A stretch of 64,000 nucleotides of DNA from Podarcis cretensis (lineage: Eukaryota): contig OX638156.1 in the NCBI GenBank assembly GCA_951804945.1, positions 67,084,001 through 67,148,000 of the forward strand, in the 5' to 3' direction. Position numbers and translations under genes: made by a program. The notes below the pieces were generated by a model that did not search any database, had not been told where the DNA came from, and worked only from the letters and a program-made list of their open reading frames with translations. This document shows, piece by piece, positions 24,201-37,500 of this stretch. Each line of letters starts with the position of its first letter. Position 1 is the stretch's first letter.

Positions 24201-27200
24201 ATTCTTAAAGGGAAAAAGGAGGAGGAGGAGGCCTTTATAGGGACTGCACTTGTGTAAAACCAACATGTGAGCCAGGAATGGGCTAAGCTCTGCCTCTTCC
24301 ATCACAGGAGGCTGCAGAAGGTTGCCCTCCAACTCATGGAAAGCAACAGGGATGGCGGACCTTTGGGCATTTTGGGGTTGGTTTTGTGTGTGAGAACACC
24401 TGATAGGGGAGCCCCAAGACTGTGTTGCTCAGAGGCATAGAGGCAAAGTGGGAGCTGAAGCAGTAGGACAATCAAGTGCAAGACCCAACTCCTCTCTGGG
24501 AACCTCATAAAAACAAGACCGGAGGGAAGGGCCAAGGCTTGGGCGTGTGTTCTCCTTCAACCCACTACGCTACAAGGGGCATGAGGAGGGATAGGATGTC
24601 AGCAAGAGCAAGGCTTGCTCAGCAGCTGCAGAGGTTTTGTTGCCTACATGCTCCTAAGCATAACTTTGCAAACACTAGAAACATGTTTCACAGAGAGAGG
24701 TGAATTTCTGCACTTGTGTGTGGAACTGCGTCACACTCGCAATTTCTCCAGGGTTGCAGGATGAGGTGTTCTCCAAAAAGCGGTGCCAGGTTCTCTTGCC
24801 TGCCTCTGATCTGGAAGGCCTCCTTACCACATGCGATTGGAGCCTGTCATTGTAACTCAGCCAGGAGGGATGCACACTCTGCAGCCTACCCAGAGGCACT
24901 TGGATCGATTCTCCCTGCACTCCTGAATGGATGCTGGCACTGCCCAGAGGTGACCAGGAAAAGTCTCTCCCTCTCTCTCAGCCTCGATAATGAAGATTTG
25001 ATGTAACAATAATTACATTAGCAAGGGCTAGATTTACTAGTGGCCTTGTGGATGCTTGTCATCAAGAGGCAGGGTCAAAATATCTGAAGTAAGTGAGAAC
25101 CTTAGACGTTGAATGAGACCAAGGTGGAAACATCTAGCCCAGTACTGTGCATCTCATAAGACATCACTTGGAAGCGCACATACCAGATGTGAAGGAGGCA
25201 AATGACAAATAAAAAGATGTCAGGTACTAAACCTGGGACATGTAAAGCATATGATCTATGAGAGACATGGCCCCGGCCCCCAAAACTGGCTACAGTCACA
25301 CTCTTGCACGTGTTCTATTTTTGAAAACACACACATACTCTCTCTCTCTCCAGTAAAGGCAGGCGATGAGGCAATTAAAACAGACTCAGTTACATAAAAA
25401 CCTGATTAAAAACAAAATAAACCCAATGCTTTAAAAAATGAAGACAGCCAAGAGTGACAGTGAAAATTTGCGAGAGGGCTATGTAAAACTCACATGGGTG
25501 AGTTAGGAAGCAGCAACTCACCAGACCTCCTCAAACACCCACCCACATTGTATTTTCAGTTGTCAGAGTGATTTTTGAAGGGAAGAAAAGCCCTTGAGAT
25601 GAAGCCCAGATCAATTATTCCAAGGAGGAAGTGCACAGAGACCCCTAAATTATCCAGGAACGGGAAAGGAAGCAAGACTTGAGACTCACTGCGGCTTCTG
25701 CTTCCTGTTTCTTCTGGAAAGTGTCGCTAGCCGTGCTCTCCCGCTGCTTCTCCAATTCTCTAACGTTCGGACAGGGGAGAGGAAAGAAGAGGGTTTCATT
25801 GTAGTCTGGGCACCTGCCTCCCTTCCCACTTTCCCCCAACCAATGCCCTGAGAGAAGCAGCCATGCCGCACGAAGGCTGGGCCAGCTAGTGCATTAAGGA
25901 TGGCAGAGAGACAGAACAACCTGACTCATGCAAGTCAAGCCCAGTGGAACGAGCAAGAATGCTGCTTACTTCTCTGCTGCTCTTGCAAGTATCAAGGGCC
26001 CCCAAAGCAAGAGGGCTTCCCAATGATGATGGATTGCATCTCATGTTAATTGGCGAGAGAAGGAAGGTGTCCTTTGGAAACTTTTCTAGGCAAGTCACAG
26101 AAATACCCGCTTTGCAGCCCAGAGTCTGGCTCCTTCTTCTCGCTCCAAACCCCCCCCCCCTCACAGGAGAGCTCTGTGGAAAAGAGCAGGAGGGTGTTCC
26201 CCCCACCCTCTGCCAAACCACCACCCCTGCTTCCCCCACAGTGGCCGGCCAGAAACTTCCAGAAGGACCACAAGCAGGCCTGGAATACTACAAACCTCGC
26301 TTGCTGCCCCACCTCCGGCAGCTTGTTTCCAGAGATGTACTGCCTCTGATGTACATACTGGGCAGCCCTCTCCTCCATCACCAGCTGCCTTTGCTGTGCT
26401 GTGCCCTGCAGGTCAGTCCCACCTCTATCCTCCCCCAGTGAATGCTGGGAATGCTTTCGGGGCACTCACTTCTCCTTCTGCGCCCTCAGGTAGGGCCTGA
26501 TGATGAGCCTGTGCATGGCGAAGTAGATGACGAGGGGCCCCGCCGTGGCGTAGAAGACCGCGCTGGGCAGCAGCTGGTCCGTCAAGTGGATGGGGAAGAA
26601 GTAGGTCTGGCTGGCTCGGTTCAGCCTGAGATGCAGGGGAAAGAAGAGCAGTTAGCTGGCAAGGCAGGCCCAGAGAACCTGCAAGAGCCAATACACAAGG
26701 GGCCAGGGGAGGGAAAGAGAGAGTGTGCCTGACTCTCTGGTTCCTTGCCCTGCTCAATCATTTGCTGCCAGGTGGCAATGAGACTTTGGTGACCCTGGTG
26801 TGGCAAGGGGTGCCTTGAGCGGAGGGAGGCCCACAGCCAGAACTCTAGAGCAGGAAGAGGAGGGCCCCAAACCTGCTGGGGCCCACCTAGATGACACACG
26901 TCTGCCCAGGCACACAAATTTAAGGCAATCCCTCCTCCATGTTTCATTACTCAAGGCTGCTGAGCTCTTTTAGCAGGGGGCGGGGAGAGAGTGAGAGACA
27001 GGCTCTGAAGTCCGATCACTGATCTTCCCGCTTTTCCCAGACCGTTCTGCTGTGTTCTGGAGCCCTCTGCTGGCAAAACTGAAACATGCCAACCAGAATG
27101 ATAGCGGCACACGTTGTGATCAGTGTCTCCAGCAGACACAGCTTTAACAGGTGTCTGGTTGTTAGACATACTGTGTTGCCCTAAAGGTGAACTTGCTCCA

Positions 27201-30200
27201 GAAGCTGTGCTGACACCATGTGAGTACTCAACATAACCCTACAATTCACTGGAAGTAGCTATAGCTCATATATGTTTACAAATGCCTGTGTTGATATCCT
27301 AACTGGCCTAGCTTTCATGGTACCCCTATCTGTGGGAACTGGGATGTTGGGCTCAGAGCCCAGAAGAGGAACCCTGTAATGTTCTGGGTGCCTACCACCT
27401 GCACTCCTGGTCAGTTGGCTGATGTAAACTGCCTTAGTGTATAAACAATGTATGTGCTTTAGGCTGGGTGTAGACAGTCCATCATCGGACAAGCCACCTC
27501 CTTGCTGTGGAGGCTACTTGCTGTAGTGTCCATCCCACAGCAAAGGGGGGAACTGACAGGCTGCTTCTCATTGTAGGTCTATTTCTCCTCTTTAATAAGG
27601 CATTAGAACTGATCTTCCCTGGCACTTCCGCAAATCTTGAACTCCTAGAGCCCTCCTCTGGCTCTACGGCCTGGATGCAGGTCAACACACAAACGTAGTG
27701 TGTTCATTCTGAACTACTAGTCCCTTGGAGGGGCAAGGCCCAGGGGCTTGAGGAGCTCACAGTGGGCATCATGCTGAGAAGTGGGACTTGGCAAGGGGGC
27801 CCAGGCATGCCAACCCTTACATGCGGCTCAGTCCAGTGGCTTTCTATGAAGTCCCTTGGCAAGTACCAGCAGCAAAATGCAAGGCCAGAGGCAGGAGGAG
27901 CTGCTCCCTAGAGCAACCTTCCCCAACCTGGTGCTGATGACTGCTGCTGTCCAGGGCAGCCAGAGTGCACCAGTCTGTGAAAAGCAGCCCCAGAACTCAG
28001 GCTGCCAACTCACTTGATTTTCAGAGAGACTCCCTGGGGTACACCCACACTGACGGTGGCTCCAAGGACGCTGTGCCGGGAGATTTTCCGCTCCGCCCCA
28101 TATTCCACGATGGTCCCAAAGAAACCAGCTCTGAAACAAAAGCATTTGGGTAAGCAGAGGGACAGGCTCTGCCTCTCGGGATCACCGGATCTCATCTTCT
28201 GCATACCTTGCCAACTCACCCCCTTGCCTGATAGGTCTCCCTTCCCCTCCAGAAAGGAAGAGGCACCGAGGCAGCCCCTGGCATGCCTGCTACATTTGGT
28301 TTCCAGATGGTGAGCACTGCAGCTGCAGAAGGATGCCAGCCTCTTGCCCATGCATCCTTAAAGCAACCACTGCAAGAGGCTGACTCCCTTGCACAAACCC
28401 CTATGCCAAAAGCTGCCTCCTGCCTGCTAGTTATACCTGCCAGGGGCAATCCTCTGGGCTGGGACTTACTTGAGAGATCCTTTCACTCGCGTCTGATCCT
28501 CGTCCTGAAACTTGTGCTGGTAACTGACCATCATGAAGGAGTGAGGGATGCCCAGCTGTGGCATGAGAGAAACGGGAAGGTCAGTCAACCCTCTTCCTTC
28601 CTTTGCTTCTGTCTCCCTCGCATTCACACACAGATGCCAACACACTTCCTTTCCCTTGCCTACTGGTGGTAGATCCCAGACGGACAAAAGGGAGCCACTT
28701 CTCCATACTATGCCTAATTCATTCATGCAACTCACTGTCAAGAGACGCAGTCATGGTTTAGGTAACTTTATAGGCAGACCGGTCCCTTTCATGCAGTAGG
28801 GTAGTGTTGTTCACAATAGCTATACATGGCCATGTTCAGAGACCATGCTGTGGAGCATGGCTCAGGTATAAACAGTTGGGTGGCCCACACAGATTCCTCG
28901 GGAGTGGATGAAGCCTCATCCTCCTCTTAACCCCCAGAGTCACAGGCCAGCCACTAGATCCAAAGAGGCGACTTATCAATTCAAGTTGCTTCACTTCAAC
29001 TCAAAAGACTCCCTGAGTTGCCAGCACAGGTCTCCTCCACCCTCAAAGAGCAGACAGCCATTGCAAAAAACAGTTGAAGCCAAAGGAAGGAGGGCCACCC
29101 TACCTGAAACGCCATCGTGAAGTGGCTGGTTTTGGTGTCCCGGACGATGCTGGTATTCATTGCCGACTGAATGCCCCAGCGCCACTGCAAGTAGCCCATG
29201 GTGTTCTTGTCCAGGTTCCTTGCCAGGACGGTTGTTAGGCCCGGGCGGATCCCTCGGGAGGAGAACTGAAGTGCACAGTTTGTCGTGACGAAGCTGCGAA
29301 CAGGGGGATGGTAGGAAGAGGCTTAGAAGGAAAATCTTCTCAGTGAAACTGAAAGGTTTTCCCCTCTCCTGGGAAACTGCTGCTCTTCTTTAGGCAACTG
29401 CTGCTCAAGAGGAGCCTCTCTCCCCAGCTGCACACTGCTCCCTAGCTATAGCCACATCCATTCCCTTTTTAAGGCCAGGAGAGCTTGAGGTGTGCAGCAG
29501 ACAAGTTATCCCAGCTTCAGTTAGCCTCCGACTTACAGATGGACATGCACGCCTCCTCCTCCTCCAGCAATATCTCTTGGGAGTTGGGAAAGGAGAAGAG
29601 GATTATCAGCTTGGGATTCTGGAAGCTGCTCAAAGCTCCGTCATGCTCTGATGTGTACATAGATCCCCGCACACCAAACCAAGCTGCCCTGTTCTCCTCA
29701 GGGGCAAAACGCAAGCCAACAGCACACTCTCTGCCTCTGCTCTCTAGGAAATGTGCTGGACCTGAAGAATGGAGTCAGCTGCATGCTATGCCAAGGACAC
29801 GTTGACACAGGGGCCAGCTGAAGGGTATGGGTCGGCTCTGCCAGAGTCAACCCACAGGGCAACTGGGCCCTATCCATTCCAACTGCTGCATGCCCACACA
29901 ACAGATGCCAGGAATGAAACAGGAACGAGCAGCAGTTACTGGCCCCCGTGTTGCAGTTCACTATTGCATTACCCTTACTTCTGCTAGCCCAGGCGTGTAC
30001 TGTCATTTCTGCTGACACCTGTAGATCTAGGAAATGCGTGGAGTCAGTTATTAGCTGGCCACTGGTCTATGGCAGAGCACAGGTGTTGCAGGCCAGTCCC
30101 TGGTGTTATAAGAATTCTAAGGTCTCAAATATAGAATAAATGTTCATAAATGTACAAGGCAAACACACGTATATAAACCCTGTGTCTGAAATAGTACAGG

Positions 30201-33200
30201 AAAGCAATCCTGAAGCCATTTTGACTCTCCCAAATTGACCTCAAATATTTCTCTGCAAGAAGGAAGGAAATGGGAAAAGCTTTCCAATTGTCTTTGGACT
30301 GTAGGGGCTTACACCTCCCTGAAAATACAGTCTGGCAAGTATCTGTTAGGCTGAGCAAACTATATTTGTAAGAAATTCAGGATTCAATATTTGTAAGAGA
30401 TAAAGGAACTAAAGTATTTACCATCTCAAAGGAATGGTCAGGCTACTCAGAAAATGCAATCAAGTAAGGCATTATCAGGTATCCTGGCAGACAGGAGTGA
30501 AGCGACACTTTCAAATTTCTGCTGGAGACTGCCTCCTTCTGTGATGTATGTATGATGTTTAGGAGGGTGGTCTTGGGCTTTCAAGAGGCTTTGAAAAGTC
30601 TTTACAGTGGCTTGTACACCATTGTTTAAGGTTCTCCTCCCTCCTGCATGTGGTGAGTGGTGACCCTGTTGTAACAGTTTATTTCCTTTAATAAAGATCA
30701 GGCTTACTAACCGCCTTTCCTTTCAATATACGCTGGTTGGCCTCTGCTTTCTCTCTGACTGATAGAGATCTCCTGAGGGACTCTCTATGGGCTCTAGATA
30801 CCCCATAAGGGAATTAAGAGGTATTTTCTTATAACACTGGCAGCTCCAGGCCAAAGACCCCAGACAGCTGCTGCCCATCAATGATGACAGCACTGGGCAG
30901 CTTTGGATCAGCGTGATAGCTGGGCCTGCCCTTGCTGCCCACTAGGAACTGAACTGGAAGCTGTCAAAAGCGGCAACTTTTCCAATATTTCCTTTTGGAA
31001 AGATCTGAGCTAAGGCAGAAGCAAAGGCCATCTTCTGGCCACAGAGGGATATTGCACCCCAGTAAAGAAGAGGCTCTTGACAACGGACAAGCAGGATTCA
31101 AGGGCAAGCACACTCTCCCCTCCTGCCGTTTCCAGCAACTGGAATTCAGAAGCATTTACTGTCTCCAACCGTGAAGGCAGAGCAGAGCCATTGATCCAAG
31201 TTTAGTCCTAACCTGCAAGCCACTTTGAATATTTTAAATTTCCTGTGTAAGCTTTTCTCTTTCCCATACTAGACTCCCTTCGTTTTGCATTTTCTCATCT
31301 CTCACCTCTAACAAACAAAATGACAAATGGAGGGTCAAGAAAAATCCAGCCGGAACAGAAATACAGCGGAATAAACATGGGCGAGAAATTCAGGGATTCC
31401 TCTCTTTGGTAGTTGGCGCTAACTCCCGGGGGTTCCCGGCAGGGGAAATGGGGCTGGGGCTCAAGCAACACAAGCGGCAACATGGTGACCCCTGCTGTTT
31501 CTCCCAAGTTCAATTTGTGCTTGGGGAGAGTTCATACAGCCGGGGGGGGGGGGGAGGTTTCCCTACTAATATTGACTTGTCATTTTGATAAAGAGAGAAT
31601 GAAAGAAGAGGGAGAGACCCTTGATCCTCTTTCCTGCCTTTTCCAAACTGTAGGGCCTACGAGAGGCAACTGCATGTCTCAGTGGAAGGCCAGGGACACT
31701 TTGCAGGCACCTGCTCCTGTTTCAAGACTATACTTTGAGGCATCGGCTGAAAAGCACTTTCATATGGAGATGCTAGACAGACCTTGGATCCACCATGGGC
31801 CTCTTTCACAAGAAAGAACTTAATACAGCAAACAATTCTACATCTATGAATCCCCAGGTTTGGCATGGTGACATTATTTACATTTCAGCCTGCCATGTAT
31901 TTTCTGAGAGACACCAGGGTGCTGAAAGAAAAGGTAACCATATGATCGAAAACTGGCTTCCTACTGGTTTCAGACTCTGAATGGCACTGTGGGTGGTTAA
32001 TATCAGTGCCACTGTGTATGTTGGCTGGTTGCCTGTAGATGGAAGAGACACATAGAGATAGTGATGAATAATTGGTTGCATATTCTGTTTTTTAAGGTTT
32101 GATGTTCGGTTGTATTTTTATATATGCTGTAAGCTGCCCAAAGTGGTTGGGGAAACCCAACCAGATGGATGGGATATAAATAAGATAAAAATAATAACAT
32201 CACAAATTGGTCCTGTTCCTTCTAGGAGTGGGAGGTTGTCCTCTACCCCTTTCTAAGTCTTACCATCTTTGTGTAAGATTCCGAAACACCTTCAGGCCAA
32301 ACAAAGGCCCCTGGAGGTCTCCAGCTCCGAACTCTATCTGCACAAAAAGAAGACGGACAAGAGTTAGGAAGCAACAGCTACAGAGGTGAGATCAGTGTGA
32401 CTCAGTTAAGCTCTGGTGCTGGTCAGAGATCTCACTCTCATGAGCTGCCCACAGCCCTTCACCTGTACAAGCTGCCTTTAACTATTCCTCTATGGCAGCT
32501 ACTCGGATTGCCTGGATAGGCACTGGAGTGCATGGCCAGGGAGAGGAGGCAGGTGGTGCTTCCTCCCCTGGAACACGGCAGTGCTCACAGCAGGAAATTA
32601 ACTGTGCAAGTCCACATGGTAGCCTAGTCCAGCACAGCGACATTGCCCAGCTTCGAGAGAGTGAACAAAAGAGGGCTCTGGGTGCCCTAAAATAGGAAAA
32701 TCAGTGACCTCCCACCAACAAGGAAGGCAGAGAAAGAGGTGCAGCAGCAGTCTGGAAGGCTCAAAACACAGCAAGAAACAGGGTGAAAACTGGGAGAAAC
32801 GAGTCCTCTTACCTCTCCCCAGCCTTTGGCAGACGTCACACGCCTCAGAGCCAAGTTCACAGAGCCGCCTCCATTCCCATTCTGCGTTGAGAGGTTTCCC
32901 GACAATATCGCAGTGTCTGTGGCCGTCAGTGGAGCCTGCAAGAGAAAGACAGCTGTCTTGTTGCAGCTCATAGCAGTCCTGCACAAATCTACAGCAGGCC
33001 TAACTCTCAGTGGCAGGTGTCACCAAAAGCAGACCCACCTGGATGGCACCCCTTTACATTGTCCCATATAAATGAATACTTAAGATCCTGCCTCAACACC
33101 AGGTGGCCTCACCTGAGTGGGTACAGGGAGAGTGTAACGTAACTCTGTGTGCACTGATGCTCTCTGCACACAGGAGACAAGTTTATGGAGGAGAAAGCTA

Positions 33201-34485
33201 TTGATGGCAAGCCATGACAGCTGTGCTCCACCTCCACACTTAAGAGGCAGCAATGCTTCTGAATACCAGTTGTTAGAAACCCCAGGACAGGAGAGTGTTC
33301 TTGTGCTCGGTTCCTGCTTGCAGGTTCCCTGCAGGCATTTGGTTGGCCACAATGAGAACTAAACTCTATGCCCCAACACTGTGTGGCCTCATCTACGTGG
33401 GTAGAATGTGTGGTGCATGGATGCTCTCTGCATGTAGGAGGGGTGGACATACATGCCCAAGACGTGGAATCAGATTAACCAGTGAATTTGAGGGCAATCA
33501 TCTGCTGCAGATACACACTTAGCCAAGACTCGAGGTGTGATGATTCAACCAAACTACTGAATAAGTCCACCATATGCTCTTTTTACACTCAGCCTCCTGG
33601 CATTCGACCCCTCTCAGAAACTGCGCTGTTGACTAGTTTTATGAATGCCCCTCCGCCGCTTGCTGTCCTTGGTGTGTCCCGGAATGCTCCATCATATTGC
33701 AGTTCAACTAACAGTGAGCAGGGGATGCTGACCAAGAGTGCAGAAGAAGCAGAGAAGAGTCTTTGGGCTTCCCCACTACTACTAACAGCGGGACGCAGGT
33801 GGCGCTGTGGTCTAAACCACTGAGCTTCTTGGGCTTCCTGTTCAGAAGGTCGGCGGTTCAAATCCGTGCGATGGGGTGAGCTCCCGTTGCTCTGTCCCAG
33901 CTTCTGTCAACCTAGCTGTTCAAAAGCAATACCAGTGCAAGTAGATAAATAGGTACTGCTGCAGCGGGAAGGTAAACAGCGTTTCTGTGCGCTCTTTGGT
34001 TCCCGTCACGGTGTTCTGTTGCGCCCGAAGCAGTTTAGTCATGCTGGCCACAAAAGCTGTCTGTGGACAAACACTGGCTCCCTCAGCCTGAAATGTGAGA
34101 TGAGCGTCACACCCCATAGTCACCTTTGATTGGACTTAACCATCCAGGGGTCCTTTACCATACCTTTTTTTTTACTACTACTAACACCCTCTGCCTGGGA
34201 AACAGCTTTTGAGCAACACACGCAGAGCCTGTGAAGACTCTCTGCTTCCAGAGATGGGAGGTGTGTGGCATACAAATGGGGTGCCCAAGCACAGCACTTG
34301 AGCGCATGAGAGACTCTGACAACACATGGGCTCAGTCACAAGTGAACCTTCCCTTCCCCACTTCCTCCAGTGCCATTTCGAAACCGATAATTGCATCCCT
34401 GAGCCAGATTTCATTTCTCATTGCTCTGTGCTGAGGTGCCTCATTAACAGAGAAACCCTTTTTAATTTCTCTCTCTCTCTCTCTG

Positions 34486-34521
<36 letters not shown>

Positions 34522-37500
34522 ACTTTACCTCAATGGACTGCGATATGTGCATTTTGTTAATTTCAACATGGGGAAAGCTGCTCCCTGGCACTTCTTCGTA
34601 CTCCTCATCGTACCGATCAAAGAGGTCAGTGGCGTCTATTCCAACGCTAATTGTCCCCTGGAGAAACAAAGAAACAAGCCCTTGGTGTTAAATGGCATTG
34701 TGCTCAGCTGTTTCAGTGCCTTGCTCTCTTCGGCGCCCAGTCTTCTTCTGCCTGGAACAGCAAGAAAAACCTTTGCTCTGCCATTGCCTTTGCAAGCCCT
34801 TCTGAAAACCCACTCCCCTAGAAGAGGAAGAAGAAGAGTTTGGATTTGATATCCTGCTTTATCACTACCCGAAGGAGTCTCAAAGCAGCTAACAATCTCC
34901 TTTCCCTTCCTCCCCCACAACAAACACTCTGTGAGGTGAGTGAGGCTGAGAGACTTCAGAGAAGTGTGACTAGCCCAAGGTCACCCAGCAGCTGCATGTG
35001 GAGGAGCGGGGAAGGGAACCTGGCTCACCAGATTACAAGTCCATTGCTCCTATCTTTGGCTTAATCTCCCAATGCTCACTCGCAGCTGCAGTTCCTTCCA
35101 TTCATCCCTATCCCTTGCTGGGGAAAACCTTAGTTCGTTACCAGAGACCTTAACACTGAAAGACATGGGCCAGTTTTAAAGGTAAAGGTAAAGGTACCCC
35201 TGCCCGTACGGGCCAGTCTTGACAGACTCTGGGGTTGTGCGCCCATCTCACTTAAGAGGCCAGGGGCCAGCGCTGTCCGGAGACACTTCCGGGTCACGTG
35301 GCCAGCGTGACATCGCTGCTCTGGCGAGCCAGAGCCGCACACGGAAACGCCGTTTACCTTCCCGCTGGTAAGCGGTCCCTATTTATCTACTTGCACCCGG
35401 AGGTGCTTTCGAACTGCTAGGTTGGCAGGCGCTGGGACCGAGCAGCGGGAGCGCACCCCGCCGCAGGGATTCGAACCGCCGACCTCTCGATCGGCAAGTC
35501 CTAGGCGCTGAGGCTTTAACCCACAGCGCCACCTGCGTCCCCTCCGGGCCAGTTTTAAGCACCTTCAAATGGTCATCCCTGTATTTGTTCACCCCAAGTA
35601 AGGGAAGCCTGCTGGATCAGGGTGGTGGCCCATCCAAGTCCAGCATCCTGTTGTCACAATGGACAATCAGATGCCCCTAGGAGAAACCCTGTCTCCTCCT
35701 GTGGCTTCCAGAAACTGGCATTCAGAAGCATTACTGCTTCCAGCTGTGGAGGTACGGTATAGCCGTCACAGCCAGTTGCCACTGATAGCCTTATGTATTC
35801 GTCCAACCCTCTTTCCAAGGCATCCCAGCTAGTGGCTGTTGCTGACACCTATGGCAGTGAGTTCCGTATTCTAACCACGTGCCCATCGCTATCTTCTCTG
35901 CCAAATCCAGCCTGTAAACTCCAATTAGGAAAGTCTTGCCTCCTTGCTATGTTGCTCTAGAACTGATGGCTCTATAAGGGATAGGAAAGTGCAAATGACG
36001 TTCACTATTACGAATGCATGAGCTGCACGCTCCTGTACCACCATCTATTTCAGAGTGGCCTGTGCAGATTAAGAGAAAACCCTGTCCCTCCATCCCATTT
36101 TTAAACATCTCAGAAAGACCTGCTCACTCGGATATCTAGGGGGAATCCAGAAAAGCTCAGAGATGGCTGATTTGTGCAGCTGCACCCCTAATGCTGGCGG
36201 GCAATCAAAGAGTCAATTAGGACCTCAGGATGTAGGCAAGGCCTGGATAAAATTAAACCCTGCACATGGCACCACTGTCAGAATGTGTGCAAGGGAAGAC
36301 TGATTTGCATCTGACCATCGAGAGACCAAAAATAAAACAAAATCCGCCTTAAGGCTTTTCTCCCCCACCATGCCAACCACCACCTGCAGAAATACTGCAC
36401 TACAAAATGGAAGACGCCAACAAGAGGCAAACAGAACCACTTGGAACAGGAAGGGCTGATCTTTATGACAGGTGGGTCTGTTCGCATGAGCTTGGGAGTC
36501 CATTTGGCTTTTCAGCCCTGGAAATCATTTTATGAAGTGATGCATTTTTAAAGCTCTTAGTAAGGGCTGTGGAAAAAACAAAGACATAACAGTCTCCACT
36601 AGCAGGCCTACAACAGGCTTCCTCCATCTCAGCCCTCCAGAAGTTTTTGGCCTACAACTCCCATGATCCCTAGCTAGCAGGACCAGTGGTCAGGGATGAT
36701 GGGAATTGTAGTCTCAAAACATCTAGAGGGCCGAGGTTGAGGAAGCCTGGCTTACAATCTAAGAGACACAGTGCAAAACTGAAAGAGGGGGAGGAGAAGG
36801 AAGACAAGGCTAGGGGTGAGCAATGAGGCAACCGAGTTTTACTGGTGGTACCAAATTGTTCTGGGACAGAAGGGGAGCCCGTGTTAATGGCGCCTCCACC
36901 CCAACCAGCCACTGCACAGAAAGGGTAGTAGGACCCTATCAAAGCATTTTTTGCAGTTTCAAGTCCAGACCTGACCAAAGCTATCTAAAGACATCAGGGA
37001 CATCTGGCTCAGAACCTCAATACCTTAAGGTCTGCCTCTCCCATACAAACCGACCCAGACCCTGCGCTTGGTGCCCAAGGCCCTTCTCTATGTCCTCCCT
37101 CCCAGAAAGGTTCAGAAGGCTGCAACAAGAGAACTGGCCTTTTCTGTGGTGGCTCCCCATCTGTGGAATGTTCTCCACAGAGGCTCACTTGGCACCATCA
37201 TTAAATGTCTTCAGGTGCCAGGCAAAAACATTCTTTACCCAGGCCTTTGGCCATTAAATATTCTATGGCCTGCTAAAGGGGGGGGGCTGCTACTACAGTT
37301 ATTTTATTATTATGCTGTCTATTATTATGCTATTTATTATGTTTTCATTATTGTGCTCCGTAAAATGTGTTCTTAAATGTTGTTCACCACCCTGGGATCT
37401 TTTGATAAAAGGCGGTTTATCAACTGAATAAATAATAACTTTTTCCCACTGCTTAGGAATGTCCACCTCCAACAGGGTGCCATTAAGTGCTGGGGGAAAA

